A DNA stretch of 40,666 nt from Clostridiales bacterium (lineage in GTDB: Bacteria > Bacillota > Clostridia > Oscillospirales > CAG-272), in assembly GCA_016280525.1 (NCBI GenBank), contig JAEEGW010000194.1:1-40666 (forward strand). Reading direction: 5' to 3'. A model generated the notes under the pieces. That model ran no database searches and was not told where the DNA came from. It saw only the letters and a list, made by a program, of their open reading frames with translations. The translations under genes and the position numbers were made by a program. Shown here one piece after another: positions 6,398 through 15,071 of the stretch (positions within the stretch are counted from its first letter, which is position 1; every line of letters starts with the position of its first letter).

Positions 6398-8761
6398 ATG
6401 AGTGATTTTGTAATTGAAAACGGAGTTTTAACTAGTTACAACGGCACCGATGCTGACGTGATCATACCTGATGGTGTTGCGGAGATAGGAAGATGGGCGT
6501 TTTCCGGATGCAGAAATCTTGTAAGCGTCACTATACCGGACAGCGTAAAAATACTTGATAATCAAGCATTTAGCGGATGTAGAGGGCTGACATTTAACGT
6601 TCCGAGCTTGAGTTTTCTCTTGAATCTGCCTTTTGATAAGACAGACCTTGAAAACGGTTTGGTATCTTCTGTCGTTATTCAAGGCGAACCGTTGAAAAAA
6701 ATTACGATTGATGTTAGTATCGATATCAGTGCAAAAAACGTAGCTCTGATTAAGGGTTTGCGCGGCGTAGAGGTCATTCTGGATGATTCCGCATGCGAAA
6801 CTGGAAAAGCGTTGCCGATTGATATTGTGAAGACAATAAAACCGACAGGCAAACAGCTTGCATATTTTTTGCTGTATCAATACGGAAAGAACTGGGAAGC
6901 ATTTTTATCGAAAATCGCTAATGATAATTATGTAAACACCTTAATGAAAAATTGCGTTGAGATTCTCAGTTCGCTGAAAAAGCTCTCGGAGAAGCAGGCG
7001 AATCAGGTAATCAAGACTGCTCTTTTGCATAGCGATCATATAGAAAAAGACGTATTATCGGATCTTTCTCGTGCATTGGCCGCATTAAGTCGAAAAAGCG
7101 ATGAGCTGGATAAATTGCTCGTAACCGATAATGACGAAAAATGTTCTGATACGGCGACAGAAAAGCTCGATCAGTTCACCGCTGCTTGCGATCAAAGTTC
7201 TGAAGATTACAAAGCCGCTGTAAGTATAGTCAAAAGTGGTTTCAAAATAAGAAACTCCGATAAGAATTCTTCTTTGAAATCGGCGGTGGCTTTAGTTTCC
7301 GGGTTTATAAAACTTTGGCGCGAATCACGTACCATCACATACGGAGAGATGTCTCAGGTGGAAATGCTGACTATGCACGACTTTGGGAAAAAAAGCGGGG
7401 CAAAATTCGCCTGCCATACGTATGACGATATCATAAATGAGCTGGATTATGAGGATTTTATCGCGTTTTTGAGAAAAAATATCGAAGGAAAGAATTATAG
7501 ATTTTTCCTGATTCCTTTCTGTACTTATGCGAATGAAAAGGATATAATCAGTTTTATTGCAGAGATACGAAGCGGAAAAAAAGGAAATGCTAAAAGTAAA
7601 TATAAAGCTATCAGTTCGGAAGTCGCAATGCTTTTAAGCGAAACAAAAGCAGCGGCAATGTACTTTGACAGTACCGGATTATTCGATGAGTACGCTTCGT
7701 TTCACGGCGTTGATCCGGAAGTTATGCGTATAAAACTACTTTATGATTTCGGTTTCGATGAAAACGGAGAGAAGATATATGATCTTGGTGACAAAACCGT
7801 CACTCTGAAATTGAATCGTGAACTCTCACTTTCTCTTTTTGACGGTGATAAAGAAGTTAAATCCGTACCGAAAAAAGGCAGCGATCCTGAAAAATATGAA
7901 ATTGCAAAAAAGGACTTTGCCGATATGAAAACAACCTTTAATAAGGTCGTGAAAAATGTAGTCAAACATTTACATCGTTGTTTTCTCTTGAATCAGTCAT
8001 ATTCAAAGGACGCATGGAAGAATCAGTTTTGCGTAAATCCCATGCTCAGATCCATCGCTCGGTTGATCGTGTGGAATCAAAACGGAAACACCTTTGTTCT
8101 CACCGATGAAGGTGCGTCAGATAATACCGGGGCGTCCGTTTCACTGACAGAAGATAAGATCATTTTTGCACATCCGATGGAAATGGAAAATGAAGAAGTA
8201 ACTGCCTGGCAAAAGTATCTTGTATCTCATATGCTTAAACAACCGTTTTGCCAAATGTGGGAACCGGTAGCAGACTTTCAGAATTTTAAGGAGAATCGCT
8301 ATGAGAATTGCGACATTCCTTTGTATCGGTTTGACAATCAATACGGCATCGAAACAGTAAAAGAAACGGAGTATGATTACCGTTCTGGAATTTATGTTTA
8401 TACACGTTATGACATTATACTCGATGACTGTAAGTTTGATTGGGAACCTGTCTCCGGTACCATTGAAAGCTTGAATAAACAATCTATAATCCGAATCAAA
8501 AGTATAAACTGTCTTAAAGTTACAAGGATGACAAATCACATTATATCATACCTTGATAAGTGTACCGTTTTCAGCAGGATCGGCAAAGATGACGTAACTG
8601 TTTTGGAAATATTGCCTTCTTATACCGCCGCTCAGCTTTTGGAATTTATCAAAGCCGCGGAAGAATCGCACGCGGTAAATGTCGCGGCTTTGTTGCTTGA
8701 ATACAAAAACAAAACGTATCCCGATTTTGATCCCATGGCGGAATTCACGCTTGAATGGTAA
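6398..8761 (+). CDS. Short-LRR / helical / DUF4132-like protein, a divergent paralogue of the 3518 and 23422 products
   Basis: 787 aa. The N-terminus MSDFVIENGVLTSYNGTDADVIIPDGVAEIG is followed by only ~2 LRR units and then a ~400-aa helical region. The same C-terminal core follows: SVPKKGSDPEKY..LIVWNQNG..AHPMEM..WQKYL..KQPFCQMWE. The tail is EYKNKTYPDFDPMAEFTLEW. Confidence 0.8.
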   Translation: MSDFVIENGVLTSYNGTDADVIIPDGVAEIGRWAFSGCRNLVSVTIPDSVKILDNQAFSGCRGLTFNVPSLSFLLNLPFDKTDLENGLVSSVVIQGEPLKKITIDVSIDISAKNVALIKGLRGVEVILDDSACETGKALPIDIVKTIKPTGKQLAYFLLYQYGKNWEAFLSKIANDNYVNTLMKNCVEILSSLKKLSEKQANQVIKTALLHSDHIEKDVLSDLSRALAALSRKSDELDKLLVTDNDEKCSDTATEKLDQFTAACDQSSEDYKAAVSIVKSGFKIRNSDKNSSLKSAVALVSGFIKLWRESRTITYGEMSQVEMLTMHDFGKKSGAKFACHTYDDIINELDYEDFIAFLRKNIEGKNYRFFLIPFCTYANEKDIISFIAEIRSGKKGNAKSKYKAISSEVAMLLSETKAAAMYFDSTGLFDEYASFHGVDPEVMRIKLLYDFGFDENGEKIYDLGDKTVTLKLNRELSLSLFDGDKEVKSVPKKGSDPEKYEIAKKDFADMKTTFNKVVKNVVKHLHRCFLLNQSYSKDAWKNQFCVNPMLRSIARLIVWNQNGNTFVLTDEGASDNTGASVSLTEDKIIFAHPMEMENEEVTAWQKYLVSHMLKQPFCQMWEPVADFQNFKENRYENCDIPLYRFDNQYGIETVKETEYDYRSGIYVYTRYDIILDDCKFDWEPVSGTIESLNKQSIIRIKSINCLKVTRMTNHIISYLDKCTVFSRIGKDDVTVLEILPSYTAAQLLEFIKAAEESHAVNVAALLLEYKNKTYPDFDPMAEFTLEW

Positions 8762-8770
8762 AGGTTAAAC

Positions 8771-10144
8771 ATGACTGAAGAAGAAAAAACAAAACGGGCC
8801 GGTGAGATCGCAAAAGACGTGTTGAATTACGCCCGCAACTCGCTTCTTGTGAATATGCGTTTTCTCGATTCGGCGCTCAGCCGGCTCGGGCTTTTTCCCG
8901 CGGATACCGATATAACGCTCGGTACTGACGGAAAAAATCTGATATATCAGCCGATGCACGTTCTGAGACGTTTCAAAACGGGAAAAACCGTTATGACGCG
9001 TGATTATCTGCACGTCATTATGCACTGTATTTTCAGGCATATGTTCATAAACAGCCTGGTAAATCAGGCGGCGTGGGATCTTGCGTGCGATATAGCGGTA
9101 GAAAACGCGATATCCGGGCTCGGACTCAATACGGTTGAAACCGATGAATCGGGAAAACAAACCGCATTGTTTTCCGAATACGAAAAGAAAGCCGGCGGTA
9201 TCACCGCGGAGAGGGTATATAAGTACCTTATAGACAGCGGGTTTTCCGATGACGAGCTTGAGAAAAGACGTCAGTTCTTCAAAGCGGACGACCATTCGGT
9301 CTGGTATATGACCGACGAAGAAAAAGCGTCCGCCGGACTTCCGTCAAGCAGCGACGGTGAAAGCAAAGACGACAACGACGATGAAAATCAGGACGACGGC
9401 TCCGGCGCCGCCTACGGTTCGGAAGAAGACTGGAGGAGCATATCCGAGCACATACAGACCGACCTTGAGACGTTTCATTCACGTGGCGATACGGCAGGTA
9501 ATTTTATGCAGAACCTGCGCGAGCTGAACCGCGAAAAATACGATTATACGTCGTTTTTGAAAAAGTTTGCTGTGCTCGGTGAGGTGATGAAGATCAATCC
9601 TGAGGAATTCGATTACGTTTTCTATACATACGGTTTAAGGCTGTATGAAAAAATGCCGCTTATCGAACCGCTTGAATACAAAGACGTAAAGCGCATCAAG
9701 GATTTTGTTATCGCTATCGACACGTCCGGCTCGGTCGCCGGTGATCTTGTTCAGACGTTTTTGCAGAAAACGTTCAATATTTTAAAGTCAACGGAGAGTT
9801 TTTTCTCAAAAATAAACCTGTATATAATCCAGTGCGACGCGGCGATACAGGAAGCGTCAAAGATAACGACGCAACAGGAATTTGATGCGTATATCTCAAA
9901 TTTGACACTCAAAGGCTTCGGCGGCACGGATTTCCGCCCTGTTTTCGGTTACGTAAACTGGCTTATAGAAAAAAAGGAATTCACAAACCTCAAAGGACTT
10001 ATCTACTTCACGGACGGTTACGGCGTGTTCCCTGAAAAAAAGCCGTCGTATGAAACCGCATTCGTATTCATAGACGACGAATTCAACAACTACGACGTCC
10101 CGCCGTGGGCTATAAAGCTGATACTTAAAAAAGATGAAATATGA
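8771..10144 (+). CDS. VWA-domain protein with N-terminal DUF2201-type putative metallopeptidase-like domain (MoxR partner type)
   Basis: 457 aa. N-terminal LHVIMHCIFRH..WDLACDIAVEN resembles the DUF2201_N peptidase-like motif. An acidic linker follows (SSSDGESKDDNDDENQDDG). The C-terminal VWA domain has the MIDAS motif FVIAIDTSGSVAGD and later GGTDFRPVF..IYFTDGYG. Confidence 0.8.
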   Translation: MTEEEKTKRAGEIAKDVLNYARNSLLVNMRFLDSALSRLGLFPADTDITLGTDGKNLIYQPMHVLRRFKTGKTVMTRDYLHVIMHCIFRHMFINSLVNQAAWDLACDIAVENAISGLGLNTVETDESGKQTALFSEYEKKAGGITAERVYKYLIDSGFSDDELEKRRQFFKADDHSVWYMTDEEKASAGLPSSSDGESKDDNDDENQDDGSGAAYGSEEDWRSISEHIQTDLETFHSRGDTAGNFMQNLRELNREKYDYTSFLKKFAVLGEVMKINPEEFDYVFYTYGLRLYEKMPLIEPLEYKDVKRIKDFVIAIDTSGSVAGDLVQTFLQKTFNILKSTESFFSKINLYIIQCDAAIQEASKITTQQEFDAYISNLTLKGFGGTDFRPVFGYVNWLIEKKEFTNLKGLIYFTDGYGVFPEKKPSYETAFVFIDDEFNNYDVPPWAIKLILKKDEI

Positions 10145-10154
10145 GAGAAATATC

Positions 10155-10996
10155 ATGAGCATAAACGAAACAATAAAAGATTTTGTCGCCTTTGACCTTG
10201 AGACTACCGGGTTTTCACGCGAGTTCGACGGTATAACCCAGATCGGCGCGATACGCGTAAAAGACGGGAAAATAATGGCAGGCGAAAAAGACAGATTCAA
10301 CAAACTTGTTTATCAGGGCAACGGTTACGGCAGACGGATACCGCCGGACGTTGTTGCTCTTACGGGAATAACGAATGAAATGGTATCGCGCGCCGACCCG
10401 ATAGAAAAGGTTTTGCCGGAATTTCTTGAATTTGCAGGCGACGATATACTTGTCGGCTACAACTGTGACAGGTTCGACAGCAGCTTCCTGTACGCCGCGT
10501 GTAATCACTGCGGTATAACGATGAACAACAGATTCGTTGACGGCGTGTATCTTGCCAAAAAGTACATAAGATACAAAATGCCGGGCTGCCTGAAATATAA
10601 TCTCGGTCTGATAACCGATCTGCTCGGGCTAAAAACGAGGCGGCGCATAACGCGTATTACGACGCATACGTAACGGCGCAGGTTTATCTGCGACTTTGCG
10701 AGGAGAACATACCGGAGCCGGTATATGTAAACACAACGTATGTGCGAAATGAGAAAAACGTTGATATAAGGAACAAAGACGGCGTCAATCCCGGGATCGC
10801 TTCATATCTTGACAAAACCGTTGAAATGCTCTGGCAAATGTATCCTGACGGCGTTCTTCCCGATACGTTATTTACATTCAGCGACGAGACAGGAATAATC
10901 ATATACGAATTCCGCAAAAAAGTCAAAGCCGCGTACGGCATCAGACTTGAACAGTACCTCGCGCAATGCGGATTTACCTCGATCCCGTTGTCATGA
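10155..10996 (+). pseudogene. DnaQ/RNase T-type 3'-5' exonuclease interrupted by a -1 frameshift in an A5 tract (10631..10635)
   Basis: Frame 1 (track ORF 10134..10673; I prefer the ATG at 10155) carries ExoI FVAFDLETTG and ExoII LVGYNCDRFDSSFL. The ExoIII motif AHNAYYDAYVTAQVY is read only in the frame of track ORF 10742..10996. One extra A in CTAAAAACGAG would give ..LLGLKNEAAHNAYYDAY.. in a single frame. Confidence 0.7.
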
Positions 10997-11045
10997 CAAT
11001 ATTACATAACTAATAAAATTTCCAAAGATGAAAGGAATTAAAAAA

Positions 11046-11633
11046 ATGAGCGATTTTGTTATCGAAAACGAATTTGATGATTCTGAAATGGAATACAGAA
11101 AAGAACTGCTTTCCGAAGAACCCCTGAGAGACATTTTAAGTAGATTATGCGAAGAAAATGATGTGGAATTGCCGAGCAAACTGCGGATAACGTGTCCCGA
11201 AAATACAGATCCGGATAGTTTGGCAAAGCAAATAGTATCGGAAATCAAAACGATCATCAAGACTGCCGAACGTGGTATCAAAGCATCATTGAACGAAGGA
11301 AACGAACTGGATTTTTCATCTGGCGTTTTATATAATACCGAAAACAATAAGATATATATCAAAGTGTACGTATCATTTGAAGAATACGGCAAAGATGTAT
11401 GCTACCATGGCGATCTGGATGATCTGGATAAGAAAATAAATCAGATTCTGAAAAATAAATCTAAAGAATACCCAGGTTTGAAATATGAAGGTATTGTTTC
11501 ATGGAAGCAGTATTACGGCAGCGCATTAACATATTTCGGCCTCATAAAAAACACGAGGACAGATAAATATGCAAAAGAACTAATATTAAACGATGATGAA
11601 TTCTGGGAAGAATACGGCGATTTGTTAGAATAA
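11046..11633 (+). CDS. Hypothetical protein keeping only the MSDFVIEN N-terminus of the LRR family
   Basis: I chose the ATG at 11046 because its upstream GAAAGGAATTAAAAAAATG context duplicates that of the 11706 start. 195 aa, MSDFVIENEFDDSEMEY..., with no LRR units and no domain I recognise. Confidence 0.6.
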   Translation: MSDFVIENEFDDSEMEYRKELLSEEPLRDILSRLCEENDVELPSKLRITCPENTDPDSLAKQIVSEIKTIIKTAERGIKASLNEGNELDFSSGVLYNTENNKIYIKVYVSFEEYGKDVCYHGDLDDLDKKINQILKNKSKEYPGLKYEGIVSWKQYYGSALTYFGLIKNTRTDKYAKELILNDDEFWEEYGDLLE

Positions 11634-11705
11634 AAAATTACTGTTGAGCTTACGTTTACTTGAATTTGAATTCAAGAATATCCGAAAGACGAAAGGAATT
11701 AAAAA

Positions 11706-13439
11706 ATGAACGATTTTGTTATAATAAAAGGAGTTTTGACAAAGTACACGGGAAATGATGCAGACGTTGTAATTCCCGACGGTATAACGGAAATAGGCGA
11801 AAGGGCTTTTGACAGACGTGACAGACTTATAAGTGTGACGATACCGGAAAGCGTAACGAAAATAGGAGAGAATGCATTTTCCGGCTGCAGCGGTCTTACA
11901 AGCGTAACGATACCTGACAGCGTAACGTCAATAGGCTGGTCTGCGTTCGATGGCTGCAGCAGTCTTACAAGCGTGACGATACCGGGCAGCGTAACAGAAA
12001 TAGATCGTTCTGCATTCTGGGGATGCAGCAGTCTTACAAGCGTGACGATACCGGACGGTGTAACGAAAATTGGCAGTCGGGCGTTCGAAAACTGCGGTAG
12101 TCTTACAAGTATTACTATACCGGAAAGTATAACAATAATATATGATTATGCGTTCGGTAGGTGCGGTAGTCTTACAAGTGTCAATGCATCCGAAGAGCAA
12201 TTCGAAATGGTATGGAGTGTTCTTGATTCTGACCAAAAAACAAACATTGCGTACAACTGTCTGAAAATCGGTACGGTATATAATATAGTCAAAGGATTTA
12301 TAAAGAGGAAAAAAGATGATGTTCTGAACAGGATAATACAAAACGACGATGTTAAAGCACTTGAAATATATTTGCAGCTGTTCAAAAAGCCGGACATCGG
12401 AACACTTGATAAATATATTGAAAAAGCGCAGAACGCTGTCAATATCAAAGCGTATCTTATCGATTATAAAGCGAAAAATTATACAAATGAGCAGACAGAG
12501 GCGTTTTACGACGATCAGACAGAAAAAGAGATCGGATTTAAAGAGCGCACGCTTGCTGAATGGCGAAAGATATTCAAAATATCCGACAAAGACGGCAAAA
12601 GATATATCAGCGGTTATAAAGCTGATGATGCTATGGTGATAATTCCCTCGAATATCGCCGGTATGCCTGTATATGGTATAGCGGACAATGCGTTTAAAAA
12701 CTGCACAACTCTGACAAGCGTGACGATACCTGGCAGCGTAATGTTGATAGGCAATAGTGCATTCTATGGCTGCAACAGTCTTATAAGCGTTACTATACAG
12801 GATGGTGTAACGTCAATTGATGATAGAGCGTTCTTTATGTGCAGCAATCTTACAAGCGTAACTATACCCGGCAGCGTAACGTTAATAGGACGTGATGCGT
12901 TCTTAGGATGCAGCAGCATTTCAAGCATAACTATACCTGATAGCGTAACAAATATAGGAACTTGCGCGTTTCACTTTTGCGGCAGTCTTACAAATATAAC
13001 CGTTGATGAAAATAATAAAAACTATTCATCACAAGACGGGGTGTTATTTAGTAAAGATAAAACAACACTGATAAAATGTCCTGCAGGTAACGAAAGAACA
13101 GAATACACTATACCTGACAGCGTAACGTCGATAGGCGATCAGGCGTTCTCTTGGTGCAGCATCCTTACAAGTATGACGATACCCAACAGCGTGACGTCAA
13201 TAGGTGACAATGCGTTCTCCGGCTGCATCGGTCTTACAAGTATAACGATACCGGACAGCGTAACAAAAATAGGTCAAAGTGCGTTCTCATGGTGCGACAG
13301 TCTTGCAAGCATAACTATACCCGAAAGTGTTACGAAGATAGGAGGATCCGCGTTTGGCAATTGTACAATAATTGCCTCGAAAGGTTCATACGCTTACAAG
13401 TACGCGATAAAGAATAATATAAACGTTAAAGAGTTATAA
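11706..13439 (+). CDS. Cytoplasmic LRR - helical spacer - LRR protein
   Basis: 577 aa. The N-terminal leader MNDFVIIKGVLTKYTGNDADVVIPDGITEIG is followed by ~6 LRR units. A ~165-aa helical module follows (ASEEQFEMVW..AYLIDYKAKNYT..), shared with the 20764 product. A second LRR array of ~10 units completes the protein. There is no signal peptide. Confidence 0.85.
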   Translation: MNDFVIIKGVLTKYTGNDADVVIPDGITEIGERAFDRRDRLISVTIPESVTKIGENAFSGCSGLTSVTIPDSVTSIGWSAFDGCSSLTSVTIPGSVTEIDRSAFWGCSSLTSVTIPDGVTKIGSRAFENCGSLTSITIPESITIIYDYAFGRCGSLTSVNASEEQFEMVWSVLDSDQKTNIAYNCLKIGTVYNIVKGFIKRKKDDVLNRIIQNDDVKALEIYLQLFKKPDIGTLDKYIEKAQNAVNIKAYLIDYKAKNYTNEQTEAFYDDQTEKEIGFKERTLAEWRKIFKISDKDGKRYISGYKADDAMVIIPSNIAGMPVYGIADNAFKNCTTLTSVTIPGSVMLIGNSAFYGCNSLISVTIQDGVTSIDDRAFFMCSNLTSVTIPGSVTLIGRDAFLGCSSISSITIPDSVTNIGTCAFHFCGSLTNITVDENNKNYSSQDGVLFSKDKTTLIKCPAGNERTEYTIPDSVTSIGDQAFSWCSILTSMTIPNSVTSIGDNAFSGCIGLTSITIPDSVTKIGQSAFSWCDSLASITIPESVTKIGGSAFGNCTIIASKGSYAYKYAIKNNINVKEL

Positions 13440-13553
13440 GAATTCGGAAAACATGTAAATGATATGAACGAATATGCAGTTCAAAATAAAATTCCGGGTA
13501 AAGAACAGGAAGAATAAAAAAGGTAGCAAAAAAACCATAAACGGAGAAACATT

Positions 13554-15059
13554 ATGAATATCAAGGAAGCAAAACAAGAGATCAAAAACGCGATGACGGC
13601 GTATTTTACAAAAAACGAATTCGGTGAATACGTTATTCCGGCTAACAGACAGCGCCCGGTATTTCTCATGGGCCCTCCCGGAATCGGAAAAACGGCGATA
13701 ATGGAGCAGATAGCGGAGGAACTCGGTGTCGGGCTTATCAGCTATTCCATGACGCATCACACGCGCCAGTCCGCGCTCGGTCTGCCGTTTATAGAAAAAA
13801 AGAATTACGGCGGCAAGGAATACGACGTTTCCGAATACACCATGTCGGAAATAATAGCGTCAGTTTATGATATGATGGAGGAAACGGGGCTTAAGGAGGG
13901 AATCCTGTTCCTTGACGAGATAAACTGCGTTTCCGAAACGCTGGCGCCCGTAATGCTGCAGTTTTTGCAGTACAAAATATTCGGAAAGCACAAAGTTCCG
14001 GACGGATGGATAATCGTCACCGCCGGAAACCCGCCGGAATATAACAATTCCGTGCGCGAATTCGACGTCGTGACGTGGGACAGGCTCAAGCGCATCGACG
14101 TAGAAGCCGATTACAACGCCTGGAGAGAGTACGCGCTGAACACGGGCGTTCATCCCGCCGTACTTACGTATCTCGATATAAAAAAGTCGAATTTCTATTC
14201 GATCGAAACGACGGTGGACGGCAAGAGCTTCGTAACCGCGCGCGGCTGGTCTGACCTTTCCGATATGATACGGCTTTACGAGCAAAACGGTATAAAACCG
14301 AATGAAAAGCTCATAGCTCAGTATCTGCAGAACAAGAAAATCGCAAAGGATTTTGCCATTTACTATGATCTTTTCGTAAAATACAGATCCGATTATCAGG
14401 TAGACACGATCTTATCCGGCAAAGCGGACGACGCGATAAGACAGAGAGCGAAAAACGCGAAATTTGACGAGAGACTCAGCCTGCTTGGCCTTTTGCTTGA
14501 CGGTATAAACGAGTATTTCAAAAACGTGTACAGAAGTGAACTCACGCTCACGGAGCTTTTGAATTCCCTGAAAAACGTCAGAATGGAACTCGGAAGAACG
14601 GGAGCGGACGCGGCGATAAGCAAACAGATAAAAGCGAGAAAAACCGAGCTGAGCGCCGGCAGAACAGCGTCAAACATCTCCGCGGACAAAATATACGCGT
14701 TAAATAAAGTCGTATCCGTTCTTGAAGACGATCTTGCCGCAATATCAAACGATCATCCCGCCTCGCCGGAAGACGCTTTCAAGCTGTTAAAAGAGGATTT
14801 TGACAAGCGCACAAAGGGTCTTAAAAAGCAGGCGGAAGAATCGGGTGAAAAACTGTCCAACGTATTCCGCTTCTGCGACGAAGCGTTTGCCGACGGGCAG
14901 GAACTGGTCATACTTGTAACGGAGCTGACGATAAACTATCACAGCGCGCACTTCATCTCCCGCTACGGCTGTAAAGAATACTTTGAGCATAACAAAGCTC
15001 TGCTCTTCTATGAGCGCCAGAAAGAAATAATCCAGAGCATAGAAGACCTGAAACTGTAA
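13554..15059 (+). CDS. MoxR-like AAA+ ATPase (AAA_5 type) with helical C-terminal extension
   Basis: 501 aa. Walker A VFLMGPPGIGKTAI, Walker B GILFLDEINC, then IVTAGNPPEYN and WDRLKRI, typical of the MoxR/dynein-related AAA_5 group. RBS ACGGAGAAAC. Confidence 0.85.
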   Translation: MNIKEAKQEIKNAMTAYFTKNEFGEYVIPANRQRPVFLMGPPGIGKTAIMEQIAEELGVGLISYSMTHHTRQSALGLPFIEKKNYGGKEYDVSEYTMSEIIASVYDMMEETGLKEGILFLDEINCVSETLAPVMLQFLQYKIFGKHKVPDGWIIVTAGNPPEYNNSVREFDVVTWDRLKRIDVEADYNAWREYALNTGVHPAVLTYLDIKKSNFYSIETTVDGKSFVTARGWSDLSDMIRLYEQNGIKPNEKLIAQYLQNKKIAKDFAIYYDLFVKYRSDYQVDTILSGKADDAIRQRAKNAKFDERLSLLGLLLDGINEYFKNVYRSELTLTELLNSLKNVRMELGRTGADAAISKQIKARKTELSAGRTASNISADKIYALNKVVSVLEDDLAAISNDHPASPEDAFKLLKEDFDKRTKGLKKQAEESGEKLSNVFRFCDEAFADGQELVILVTELTINYHSAHFISRYGCKEYFEHNKALLFYERQKEIIQSIEDLKL

Positions 15060-15071
15060 GGAGAATATTTA

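Noticed and set aside
10742-10996. The 84-aa ORF as an independent gene.
   Set aside because: Its frame is open upstream to at least 10628 and there encodes the ExoIII motif missing from the preceding exonuclease ORF. It is best explained as the C-terminal part of one frameshifted gene.
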